A stretch of DNA of 60,949 nt, the filler included, from Sanchytrium tribonematis (Eukaryota), in the NCBI GenBank assembly GCA_018985235.1. It is 6 parts of 6 records of this genome, joined end to end, with 100 filler letters (N's around TTAATTAATTAA, not from the genome) between each part and the next. Parts side by side here need not be neighbours in the genome. Positions count along the whole stretch, not along the records: positions 30,647 to 40,697 come from JADGIG010000308.1; positions 40,798 to 50,836 come from JADGIG010000309.1; 4 more parts are not named here. The stretch is one strand, 5' to 3'. The position numbers and the translations under genes were made by a program. Shown here piece by piece: positions 33,785-44,918 of this stretch; position 1 is the first letter of the stretch, and every line of letters starts with the position of its first letter. Under the pieces are notes generated by a model. It saw nothing but the letters and a program-made list of their open reading frames with translations, was not told the DNA's origin and made no database searches.

Positions 33785-35221
33785 TTAAACAGGACGCACT
33801 TCCGGTTTTACTTCTCCGCCTTCACCTCCTTTGGCAACTGGTTCATTTGGAATTGTAGTAGGGAATTCTGGGTTATATTCTGGTGGTACCACACCATCTC
33901 CTCCAGTACTTGGTAAACCTTCTGGCAATTTAGGATCAATAATTGGAGGCAATGTTGGTAATTCAATTCCTCCAAATGTAATTGGTGGGACTGGCTCTGG
34001 ACCTTTTCCAGATCCTTCTCCAATTCCAGACCCGCCAGCAGATGCACCGCCTTTCTTACCTCCAAATAAATCACCCTTCTTTTTTGGCTTCACAGGTGTT
34101 TCACCGTCAACTTTGGTAATTTCTTCCAAAAATGTTTGCTGATTGTCTGGCGTATTGGTTTTTTGCATCACACTAGCAGTATCAGTTAATTCACCAATAG
34201 TTAATTCAAAATGAGTCATTGCTTTTGGTACAGACTCGTGCAATCGATTGAAATCAAAATTTCTAGTATTTTTTGGCAATTTCTTATATAATTGTTTTGC
34301 GTCCACAGAATTTTGAATGGGCATATATTCTGGGTTCACAATAGACGTTTTAAGCTTTGATTGATCAAATAAATCTGCTGCATTCTTTGTAGATTCTTGC
34401 GAAGAAATCCAAGTATTCATTGCTTCCAACGCAATTTGAGATCTGTAATAGGAATATGGGTTTGTGACCTTCCTTGCTTGTCCTCCACAATCTGCATGGC
34501 TTCCCAATACATACAATTCTGTTCTACTGCCAGAATCAGAAGGAGCATCGATTGGCAAATCCACAAATCCCATTCTATTTTCATTTAAAGCAATCAAATG
34601 ATAAACGTCTTTGATATTCGGATTTGTAGTACTCATACTGTATTTTGCAAGATTTTTTATACCCATATTGTTTAAACTTGGGACCGTATCGTAAATTCCT
34701 AAAATATCAATTTTTGGTTTCAATTCGCCTTCCACACTTTTCTTTCTAGGATCAATAATTGATGCTTTGAGATTCTTGGCTAGATTCACTTCTGTTACGC
34801 CATAATCACTCACATAATTTGCAAACATTCTAGCAGTAGCAGCCCCTCTCGAAAATCCAAAGACATTCAAATGAAAATCAGCTTGACTCATCATATCCAT
34901 ATTTCTGACTAAAAACTCATATCCAACACGTACGTTGGAGTCCATTCCATACCCAGCAATGATATTTAAAGTTGTTGTCAATGCGCCTCCTTTCTGGTTG
35001 GTACCAATGCCTGAAACATACAGAGCACGATCACCTGTGTCAGAATTCACCTTTTCAAAGGTTTGTACTTTTTGACCATTGTAGTCGGAAACATATGTGC
35101 TCATATCTCCAATGAATGCATCAAATTGTTTCCAAACATTTGTAGTAGATTTGGGAGTGTTTTGAGTTCCATCAAAGAAGACACTTAAACTTGCTGCGAA
35201 TAAAATGTACTGTAAGAACAT
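33785..35221 (-). CDS. DUF2235 / T6SS Tle1-like alpha/beta hydrolase with a Pro/Gly-rich tail
   Basis: VFFDGT..TNV, YVSGIG, FGFSRGAATAR, GIYDTV, HLIALNENR, GSHADCGG. An alternative upstream ATG exists at 35293. Confidence 0.88.
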   Translation of the reverse strand: MFLQYILFAASLSVFFDGTQNTPKSTTNVWKQFDAFIGDMSTYVSDYNGQKVQTFEKVNSDTGDRALYVSGIGTNQKGGALTTTLNIIAGYGMDSNVRVGYEFLVRNMDMMSQADFHLNVFGFSRGAATARMFANYVSDYGVTEVNLAKNLKASIIDPRKKSVEGELKPKIDILGIYDTVPSLNNMGIKNLAKYSMSTTNPNIKDVYHLIALNENRMGFVDLPIDAPSDSGSRTELYVLGSHADCGGQARKVTNPYSYYRSQIALEAMNTWISSQESTKNAADLFDQSKLKTSIVNPEYMPIQNSVDAKQLYKKLPKNTRNFDFNRLHESVPKAMTHFELTIGELTDTASVMQKTNTPDNQQTFLEEITKVDGETPVKPKKKGDLFGGKKGGASAGGSGIGEGSGKGPEPVPPITFGGIELPTLPPIIDPKLPEGLPSTGGDGVVPPEYNPEFPTTIPNEPVAKGGEGGEVKPEVRPV

Positions 35222-35587
35222 TTTACAAAAATGGGCGAGTTTCCTTTTTAATACAATGGGACTGAACAAGAGTTTAACAATTTTTCCTGTCATTCGTCCC
35301 CTTAAATATGGATATTAATACCTTTAATTTGATTGGTTCTCGTTATAGTTTTTGCTTCTTGAAATTAATTGCAAAATGCTGTGCTCGAAAGCGTGATATT
35401 AATTTTAAAACGGGTCGAAATGTCGCCCCTTCATGAAGATATTGAACTTTATATTGAAAATTTCAAATTGTTTGATCCCTATCAATTATTCCAAAGTGTC
35501 TCATACGTAAAGATGATTTGGGGTAAAATTTGACAATCTTTTACTGCGAGTCAAATATTTTTTGTAACTTTAATTCTAAACAAATTT

Positions 35588-36454
35588 TTATTCATCTTGC
35601 AATTTAATCCATGACTCCAAATGATGAATACATGATCCACCATAATTTGGAAACTGTCCTAATTCTTTTTCCACATATTCCAAATCAGTCAATGCTGCTT
35701 TTTTAGATTGTTTTCCAGGTGTCGTCGCATATGAAACGTATTCTTCTTCCATCTCACTCTCCAATCCATTCATCAATTTACAATCACTCTGCATTTCCTG
35801 TGCCAATTTCAATTTATCAATAATGCGATTAACAACATTCTCAGGCCATGTATTATAACTCATAAAAATGATTTCATTTGTAATTCTCAAAAATGCATTC
35901 AACACAGGTTCCTCACTCGTCATTAATGGTCCACCATAATAATCATCAATCCACGTTGGTAATGCCACAGATAATGACAAATCCCCAATAATCTCTCTCA
36001 ATTTCAAATGCATTTGAATCCACTGATTCATCAATTCTGTTCTTTCCTGTAATTGCTGCTTTGTCATATCTTTTAATTCCACTCTATCATAAAATCCAAC
36101 ATGTCCATCTCTATCCATTGGTTCCACATCCGTATGAAATCCAATAAATCGTTGATTTTCATTCACTTGCTCATTATATTCCATCATTTTAGAAGCGGAT
36201 TCATATAAAGTAGATGGATTATTGAAATGACCACGTTCTCCATCCATTGCCATCACTTTAATGTTGTGTTTACTGCATTGTTGAATGAAATGCGTTAATT
36301 GCTTTTTAAGTGAATAAATGCTAGAATGCGCATACAAAATGACTAGAGAGATTTGCGTATTCTGACAATGAGTCAACATTTCTTTAATCTGCTTTTGATG
36401 TTGAATGAGGGATTCTGTATTCCAAATCCAAAAGTATCTTTGCATTTGCGTCAT
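35588..36454 (-). CDS. TIM-barrel glycoside-hydrolase-like protein
   Basis: WIWN..IKVMAMDG..FIGFHTDVEP..LSVALPTW..IIFMSY pattern of GH18/GHL-like barrels. Confidence 0.55.
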   Translation of the reverse strand: MTQMQRYFWIWNTESLIQHQKQIKEMLTHCQNTQISLVILYAHSSIYSLKKQLTHFIQQCSKHNIKVMAMDGERGHFNNPSTLYESASKMMEYNEQVNENQRFIGFHTDVEPMDRDGHVGFYDRVELKDMTKQQLQERTELMNQWIQMHLKLREIIGDLSLSVALPTWIDDYYGGPLMTSEEPVLNAFLRITNEIIFMSYNTWPENVVNRIIDKLKLAQEMQSDCKLMNGLESEMEEEYVSYATTPGKQSKKAALTDLEYVEKELGQFPNYGGSCIHHLESWIKLQDE

Positions 36455-36523
36455 GGGGAAATTTGTACAATAGGGGCTTTAGAGAAAATTTATTTAATTT
36501 CAGGTCACTTGCAATAAATTGCA

Positions 36524-39500
36524 TCATTTTAAAGTCAATGAATACGTCATTTCAGTAATTCCCTTGTTTTTCGCTAATCTCATATAATATTGTCCCTTTT
36601 GTTCATTTCGTTCGATTCCATATCCATTTAGATACATATATCCTAATCCACAATAGCCCTCTGCAATATCCTGATTCGCAGCATCTTGAAACAATGTAAA
36701 TGCTTTTTTATGTGTTTTAAAAAATAAATGATTATAAATAAATCCCAATTGCAAAATAGCACTGTGGCATCCCAAATGAACTGCAATTTGATAATAATGT
36801 ATACTCAGTTCATAATTTCTATCCACATGAAATGGCCCAAATCCATTTCTATAAATCACTCCCAAATTGTAGATACTTTTTACACATCCAAATTGAGCAC
36901 CTTGTAAGTAATGAAACAGTAAATCACTTTCATATTCACTATATTGTGCCAATTTATAAAATGCTTTACTAAAACAGCCATAAGCAGCTAATTTGTAATA
37001 CTTTATGGCTGTTTCTTGATCTTTTTTGCATCCATGACCATTTTCATAGCATTTGGCAGTATAATAATGACCAGATGAGATATTTTGATCACTTGCAGCT
37101 ATAAAATATGAAAATGCAGATGAAACATCATGATTTTGAAAATGCAATTTACCAATAAACAAATTGGATAATTCATGTTTTGATTGTTTAAATGCATTCA
37201 ATATATCATCATAATCATAATAATGCCCCATTTGATAATATTTTGCAACTGCAATTGAAAATGGATGATTGGTGTATTTCGCAATGTTTTTAGTGATTTG
37301 AAATGTATTTAGATACTTTTGGATATCATTAATGGATACTGTATGTAATAATTCCATGATATTATGGTCAAATTGATCCATATTAAGAGAAATAATGGAT
37401 TCTTTTAATAATTTGAATTTCGTGTCAAGGGGCAATTTGACTTGGAATGATTTATAATTTGAATTCCATTCTAATCGTTTGGTCTTTGTTGTTTTCATAT
37501 ATTTGATGGCATAATAATGTAGTGTGGAATCCTCGATTTTCTGATTTGTTTTATTATTGTAAAATTCACTTAATTTCAAAATGGCATCTGAATGATTCAT
37601 TTGTGCACTTTTTCTAATCATTTCTCGTGCTTTGTCAATACTTATAGGTACGCCATAACCATGTAAATACACAAGTCCCATTTTATAATATTGGTTGGAT
37701 AAATCAAGTGTTTCATTTTCATAACATTCAATAGCGAGCCCATATTGGGATATAGACAGGTATAAATCACCTAAATGGCAATAATCTGTATACTTATCTA
37801 ATTTAATGGCCATTTTATAGTGTTGTATGGCCTTGTTGATGTCCATTTTACATCCGTATCCAACTTCATAAAATATTGCAATATTGTGATAATTGAGAAT
37901 ACTGCCTTGTTCTCTAGCTAACAAATGATGTTGCAATGATTTTTTATAGTCGTGAGATACGCAAATGCCTTGGCAATAAAAATCAGCCACTTGTGTAAAT
38001 GCACTTGCAAACTGTAATTTTATGGCCAATTTATATAAATCATATGCTAATTTGAGATCATTGGAGGAAGCTGTGTATTTAGCAAGTGGTTCAGCTAATT
38101 GGAAGCTCTTATGGGGCCTGGAATGGATATTAATTGGAATATTATTTGGATTGTCAGTTAAAAATTGACATCCACATTCATAAAATTTAGCAAGATAGTA
38201 GTGTCCAGCTGGTAAATTCAAATTAGATGCTTTTTGAAAATGATGAAATGCCATTTTATAATCTTGATTTGTGCCATTTCCATCAATATAGCATATTCCT
38301 AAAAAGACATTAGATAAAGGTGTATTTTGACATTGTTGAAAAGCATCAAACATCTTTGAAGAGGGAGATTCCGGTCCAATTTTGAAATATTGGCAAATCG
38401 CATTCATAAATGGATCTTGAGTTTTGATCTTAATTTTGGATAATTTAGAATTTGAACTTGATAAATGTTTAATGATGGACTCTATCTCATGAACAGAAAT
38501 GATTTCCAGTGCATTTAGAAGTGTAGATTCGATTAAACTGAGTTTTGGTGTTTCAATGAATTTTTGAAATTGTGGGATTAAATGACTTTGTAAATCAATT
38601 TCAGAATTACTAGTAGACTTTGGAGATGTCAGATTTGGATCTGATTTAGACTTGTTGAAGGCAGATAAAGAACTGGCCATTTTCCTTAATTTGGAAGTAA
38701 GGTTATTGGATGGCTCTGATTTGATGTTTTCTGCTGATTGTGAATTTGGATGGGGTGACTGTGATTTAATTTCTAATGATACTTTGTTCATTTTATTTAA
38801 TAAATCAGCCATTTCTTTCATTTTTATTCGCTCATTTGCATTTTGTTTCCACCCTTTTTCTATTAATTTGTAGATTTCAGGGTCCATTTGATCAATAGAA
38901 TAAGGTCGCATTCCATTGATCACAGCTTCTTTAATGTCATTATGACTAAATTGGTTCCATGGAATGATTTTTGTTGCAATTTCTCCGAGTAAAATGGCAA
39001 ATGAGTAAACATCACCCGCAAATGGATATTGTTGACGCAATTTCATGTGAATGGGATTCATTTGCCAGTACTCTGGGGCTCTCCAATTATCTGTACCAAT
39101 GGTGTTATTTTTATTGAGTGACGACATATTGGATGAATTTGAAATTTTGGCCATTCCCAAATCAATAATGCGTGGTGAGAAAGCAATATCCAGCATAATA
39201 TTACTAGATTTGACGTCATTATGGGAGATTCCGTTCATATGCATGTACGCCAATCCACTTGCAATACCCAGTTGAATTTTATAAATTTTATCATCTCCTA
39301 GTTCTTTGTCGTGATATAACCAGCTAGATAGTGTGCAATTCTCCAAATACTCCAAGACTAAACCCAAGTTACCATTAACCGTCGTCACTCCAAAGAATTT
39401 GCAAATAAACGGAGATTTGTTTAATTTTTCAAACGCTTTTACTTCTCTTAAAATGGCTCTATTTCTCTCAAATGCATCGGATTTAATTCTAAAACTACCA

Positions 39501-40240
39501 GGATCTTTGAATGAAAAGTCTTTGAGCCGTTTAACGGCAACATCGATGCCTTGCCAGGTAGCAATGAAAACGGTCCCAAATGATCCAGTTCCCAATTCTT
39601 CATCTAATTGCACCTCTATATTGTCTACATAATCAATATCGAACGACTTTGATTTTTCGAAAATCTTGGTGCGATTCTTTTCAATGTTTTGACTTTAAAT
39701 TGGCTCACTCTTTGATTTTGTATTCATCAATTTTGATTTTAATGCTGTCATTTCTTTGTCCGAAAGCCCTGGTATCTTATCATTAAGCATGGATTCAATC
39801 CCGCTTTGATTTAATATGGAGATTTGACTAATTAAAACTTCTAAAATCCCTTTTACTTCATTACTATTTCTTTTGATGTCCATGGTACTACATACAATCA
39901 ATTCATTAACCAATTTATATAAATCATCATTAATTCCAATAAATTTATCTTTATAATTATCAGCAAGTGCAAATTTAAGAATAAAATTTCTTTTCTCAAA
40001 ATTCACAAGAAATTCATGTGTGGCAATCAATTTATGATTTAATGCTTGTAAAATACTAAATGTGATACGTGAATAGCTTTCTGTTGCCATTTCTGATAAT
40101 ATATCATGTAGGCGATGCAGTCTCTCCAATAATCGATCTGCCTCTTCAAAATTACTATCAAATTGCTTTAATCGCTGTAAAATGGGTAAAATGTTACCAA
40201 CAATCCCCATAGCATTGGAAATGAGAACTGCTTCAATCAT
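36524..40240 (-). CDS. MLKL-N-like helical domain + TKL kinase + SEL1 repeats; in-frame TAA at 39695-39697 (intron or nonsense mutation)
   Basis: N-terminal four-helix-bundle-like region, then GTGSFG..VAVK..HNDVKSSN..DLG..WRAPE, then SEL1 repeats (LGICYIDGNGTNQDYKMAF, YENGHGCKKD, YLNGYGIERN). The two ORFs are in the same frame. Confidence 0.8.
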
Positions 40241-40283
40241 AATTTCCAACTGCAACGCGGAGAATCTCCCAAAATATACAAAT

Positions 40284-40697
40284 TTATTGATTTTCAAATC
40301 CTGTCCTTTTATTCACAATTAATGGTGATTTCATGCGTGTGTTATTACTCAAAGTAGGTTGATTATAATATTTAGGCTGTACTGGTGGCACTTGAACCAC
40401 TGGCACACTCGTCAATGGAATCCTCTTTTTATTTCGTTTCACCAACATAAATGTCCCACCAAATGCCAATAATAAAAATACAACCACCCCAACTGCTATT
40501 AATGCCATAGTCGTATCTTTATTGCTATTTGTTGCATCTCCACCAGAATAACCCGTATTTCCACCAGTATTTGAAGATGTGGCTGCGCTGGGTGCGCTGC
40601 TAGTCGTGGTTGTAGTAGTGGGTTTCTCTAATTGTTTCCCATCTAGAGTGCATACAGATCCCTTCAAGAAATCACTATTCATTGGATTATTAAATAC
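40284..40697 (-). CDS. Single-pass membrane protein, C-terminal part (5'-partial)
   Basis: Ser/Thr stalk, TM IAVGVVVFLLLAFGGTFML, KRNKKR stop-transfer signal. Confidence 0.7.
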   Translation of the reverse strand, partial: VFNNPMNSDFLKGSVCTLDGKQLEKPTTTTTTSSAPSAATSSNTGGNTGYSGGDATNSNKDTTMALIAVGVVVFLLLAFGGTFMLVKRNKKRIPLTSVPVVQVPPVQPKYYNQPTLSNNTRMKSPLIVNKRTGFENQ

Positions 40698-40797
40698 NNN
40701 NNNNNNNNNNNNNNNNNNNNNNNNNNNNNNNNNNNNNNNNNTTAATTAATTAANNNNNNNNNNNNNNNNNNNNNNNNNNNNNNNNNNNNNNNNNNNN
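40698..40797. other. Artificial contig spacer
   Basis: N44-TTAATTAATTAA-N44. Confidence 0.99.
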
Positions 40798-41058
40798 ACG
40801 CTTATTGGTTTGATTTTAAGAAAAATGTGCCAGTGACGGATGGAATGAAGGGAATTTGTCATTTGCAAGCATCACAATCTCAAATTGGTAATTTTACACA
40901 AACTGCATCAGTTCAAATTGGAATTCAATAAATTTTGATGACATGGATCTGCTAAAATGTCAAGAATCACGCTGATTTTAATATCCAATGAAAATATGCC
41001 ACGTGGTTGTACAAATCACCCCAAATGTTTTAACTAAAATTTCGATGTCCCCCTTGAA

Positions 41059-41574
41059 ATGCAAATTATTCTACTATTGGTATCCATGGTCATGTCCGTT
41101 CCTACCACTACATCATTTTTAAAATCCTCAAAAGGTTGGGCTAAAGGTTTAGGCAAAGCTTTAGTTGGAGTGTCTGCAATTGGTACTTGGATGCTCGGTC
41201 ATTCTGTGTTGCATCAGAAGATTGAAATATTCAAATTTGAGTCTCCCTCTGCAAATCAAGTATTTGGTAAATCTGATAAAATTCATGTGTCTTTTAAGTC
41301 TCAGCACATTAATTATTCAGAAAATAGCCAATTGTTGGTGCAGATGAACTGTCCAAACACCAATTACAAGAATGAATTGTATTCTGGCTCAATAAAAGCA
41401 GCTTTAAACATGAAAGGTTTGATGGATTCTAATTATGAAACTTTTTATGAAAAAGATTTGTCGGTGGAAACTGGAATGCAAGGAATATGTCAAATCAAAG
41501 CCACTCGGTATCAGGGCTCAATTTCAGACAGTAAAATAGAGCAATCAACCACCGTAGATATTAAAATTCAATAA
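41059..41574 (+). CDS. Small secreted protein with an Ig-like/Kre9-N-like beta domain
   Basis: Signal-like MQIILLLVSMVMS, FESPSANQVF..IHVSF, two Cys. Confidence 0.6.
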   Translation: MQIILLLVSMVMSVPTTTSFLKSSKGWAKGLGKALVGVSAIGTWMLGHSVLHQKIEIFKFESPSANQVFGKSDKIHVSFKSQHINYSENSQLLVQMNCPNTNYKNELYSGSIKAALNMKGLMDSNYETFYEKDLSVETGMQGICQIKATRYQGSISDSKIEQSTTVDIKIQ

Positions 41575-41591
41575 ATCACCTCTTGAAACAA

Positions 41592-42857
41592 ATGGAAGAC
41601 TCTTCAAATGATGCTGCTCAAGAGCATTTAGTGCAGAAATTACCCATGAAAACATCTGAAAAAGAAATAGGACAACGATTTGGATATGGTCATGAATTCT
41701 ATTTTATATTTACTAGATTTCTAGCTGGTTTTAATTTGATTTTGGGGATATTGGGATTCATCGGATTTGGACCCAATGCTTCTAGAAAAGAATTAGGGTT
41801 GCAGGTTTTATTCTTTACATCTTTCAGTACGACTATTAGAAGTTATTGGCAGGCATCATCCATTTTACAAACCATATTGTTTTTTGGATCTGGATTTATC
41901 TATTTCGCATTTGTGAGAATCTATATGCGTAAAAGACAATTTACTCATGAAAATGCATTTGTAGTGGATGTCGTAGCAGCAGAAAGAATCAATTTAAACA
42001 AAAGATACGGATTTTGGACTAAATGGTTTTATCGCTCCATTTCTTATTTTATCCTATTTGGACTAACAGCATTGAGTATATTCATCACATTTACACTTCA
42101 GAATGTATACAAAGAAGAAAAATCTACAAATTTGAGTGTTACAAATTTCATTCTAGTTATTTTTATCAATATTTCTGGGGTCATTTTTGGATTTATATGC
42201 TCATTTTTGACTGCTTTAGAGAAACAAACTACTCAATCAGGCTATAAGATCAGTCATGTCTTGAAAATTTATTTCTTTAAAGTGGCATCTGTATTTGGTT
42301 TAAATTACACGACTGGTGTTCAAAACTTTTGTCAGGGTGGGTATAATAGCATGTTATTGCTATTAATGGATTTAGTCGTTTGGAATATCGTAGAATTAGT
42401 CAGTCCCATCATAATTAGTAAAATCAAGGAAATGCTCAAAATCACTTCAAATTTGAGTGACGAGCAACAAAAACCAGAATTTGATGTGGCATGTGAATTA
42501 ATTGAGTTGTTTTACAGACAATTTATTGTATTTTCTGCTGTTTCTGTCTTTCCAATTGTTGGATTATTCGCATTTGTTGTTTCTTCAGTAGAATATCCAC
42601 TTGATAAATTCAAATTATTAAAGATTTGTCAAAAACCTGCTCGAGTCAATCATACATTTACATCATTTATAGTCATATTATTGACATTTACAGCATTAGC
42701 TGCATTATTTAGTCCATATTCCATTTTAAATCTAAATCGGGATTATTACGAGCAGCAATTGATAGATTCTAATTTTAATTGTAAAGTCATTGGGTGTTAT
42801 TTTTATCAATCTGCAAATACATGTCAAAATATTGCCATTTCAAGGGGCGTGCAATGA
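41592..42857 (+). CDS. Transmembrane channel-like (TMC) protein, compact
   Basis: EIGQRFGYGHEFYFIFTRFL..FN, LTALEK, KPEFDVACELIELFYRQ..FP, plus multiple TM helices. Confidence 0.72.
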   Translation: MEDSSNDAAQEHLVQKLPMKTSEKEIGQRFGYGHEFYFIFTRFLAGFNLILGILGFIGFGPNASRKELGLQVLFFTSFSTTIRSYWQASSILQTILFFGSGFIYFAFVRIYMRKRQFTHENAFVVDVVAAERINLNKRYGFWTKWFYRSISYFILFGLTALSIFITFTLQNVYKEEKSTNLSVTNFILVIFINISGVIFGFICSFLTALEKQTTQSGYKISHVLKIYFFKVASVFGLNYTTGVQNFCQGGYNSMLLLLMDLVVWNIVELVSPIIISKIKEMLKITSNLSDEQQKPEFDVACELIELFYRQFIVFSAVSVFPIVGLFAFVVSSVEYPLDKFKLLKICQKPARVNHTFTSFIVILLTFTALAALFSPYSILNLNRDYYEQQLIDSNFNCKVIGCYFYQSANTCQNIAISRGVQ

Positions 42858-43094
42858 AAAATAAATAATAGGGGTCATCTTGAAATTTGAACATCTTTCG
42901 AATCCATTTTAAAATATTTCTTGCTTTTAGATCCATCTAATCGTATCTTCTAAAATGGCACTCGATGGCAACATCTCATTGGATTTAAAATGCCATCTTT
43001 CATGCCAATTTGAATGTGATTGGCTATCAGGGCCATTTTAGAATATTCTCAAGTCTATAAATTCTGCTACTCCCCTGTTCATTAATCATTTGAA

Positions 43095-44879
43095 ATGATT
43101 GACCAGAAATTAGCAGTTGCACTTTTAGTGAGTGTCTCTTTAGCTAAAGATGTCTCTGGCATCCCAGTCACTGAGAGTCCCAAATCTCAGTCAAGTTCAC
43201 CAACCAGGACCAATGCACCAAAAATGAATGCTGACCTGTATTCCAGTTTAATGGCATACTTTCAACAACAGAAAGACTTTGCCAAATCAGAAATCCAGCA
43301 ATTTGAATCTAAAATCATTCAATATCAATCCAAAATTGATAATTCTGGTTCTGGTTCAGGATCAAGAGAACCACGTATCACGGATGCACCACTTATACCA
43401 GATGGTGGATTCAAAGTAGACCCCGTTCAAGAATCCAAAGTCAATGATTATTTAGATGAATTCCAATCTAAATTGAATTTCTTCAATCAGGAATATCAAT
43501 CATTCAAATCAGCACATCCTAGAGAAACTGAAATTGAAAAGAGTGGCCATGTTGATGAAATTAGGGATATTATCTCTAAAATTGAAGATCATAAATCTGG
43601 AAATGACACTTTACCAGTTGATTCTCGTGCCATAGTTATGGCATTTGGTAGTCAAGATCAGAAAAACAAGGTGGTTAAATCTGAAATGAAGGATGCAGAT
43701 GTTAAAAAAGCAAGAATTAATGCCACATTCCAAAATAAAACCATCACGGATCCAATGACCTCTAAAGACTCTAAAAATGGATTCTCTGTCATTAAAGCAG
43801 ATAAATCCAAATTTATTGAAAAAGAACAACATGTTATTGATGCCCATGTCCAGCAATTTGAATCACAAGTGTCTAAAATGGAGAAACATGTAGATGCTTC
43901 TAAATTACAGCAGCAATTACAAAAAGCAGCTGAATTATTAGATGCTCACCCATTAAGAACCAGAACACATGTCAATCAACGTAAAGTTGTCTTGAATGCA
44001 CAGGGATTAAATTCTACATCTGGTTTCGTATTTAATTTACAGGGTGCTCCATTTATCCGTGCAGGACACTGGAATGCATCTAGTGATGGATTCTCTGGTG
44101 ATTCATTCAAAGTATCCTTTTTACGAGTTGCTGAAGTCCCTGTTGGATCCACTGTTGACAAGGCCATTTCATCTATTAAATTGACTGGTCAAGATTGGTC
44201 TCCAATTGAATTTAAAGAGATTGTGGCTGATGATGGTACTACCGTACAACATTATTCATCAGATTTGACTGTTAAAAATACCACAATCACTCTATCTGCC
44301 ATGATTTCCAACAAATTGGTGCAAGCCACTGAAAACAATCAAACTGCTGTTTTAACCCCATTCCGTTTAAAATATGCCATAGAAATCAATGGATACAATT
44401 ACCAGAGTGATCAATCTGAATTATACATTGTGAAATCAGTAGATACTGCTTCATTTGAGGGTCAAACATCTGATTCCATTGGAACTGGAAATGGCTCTAA
44501 ATTGCAATGGTCTTTAAATGCCAATGTGGATAATGAAATCAAGAATATTACTGCATCTGTCATTAAAACAGGTACCATTAATCAGTCTGATTTGGACCAA
44601 TCTGAAGATTTTGATGTGAATGTGAATGAACAGTCTAAATGGATGGCATTCAACTTAGGACGTGGTGCCAATGTCTTGTGGGATCCAAGTACCAATTTGA
44701 ATTAAGATTCATATGGTTCTAGTGATCCTACGATCCAATATGGAAATGCGCAAGCAATTGATGAATCCTCTACTGAAACAAGTTCATTATACACGCAAGC
44801 CACTCAGGGATTTGGATCTGGATCCAATATGCCATTATTCTCTGTTGTGGGATTGATTGGTGCTTCTTTATTGCTATAA
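43095..44879 (+). CDS. Secreted, probably GPI-anchored surface protein; in-frame TAA at 44703-44705 (candidate 18-nt intron 44689-44706)
   Basis: Signal peptide, coiled-coil and beta-rich domain ending LWDP. The same frame continues after the TAA to ...GSGSNMPLFSVVGLIGASLLL*, a GPI-type tail. Confidence 0.7.
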
Positions 44880-44918
44880 AATAAATTATATCCATTTTAA
44901 TACCTTGAAACGTATTTT

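Noticed and set aside
33808..34588. Short ORFs overlapping the DUF2235 gene, and similar ones inside other long CDSs (e.g. 12244-12507, 27834-28154, 39333-39632)
   Set aside because: Antisense or alternate-frame shadows of well-supported genes, with no recognisable motifs.
39695..44705. TAA/TAG = Gln genetic code (as in Amoeboaphelidium), suggested by two in-frame TAA codons
   Set aside because: TAA terminates most conserved genes at their expected ends (e.g. kish, kinesin), and long Gln-rich ORFs use CAA/CAG without internal TAR.
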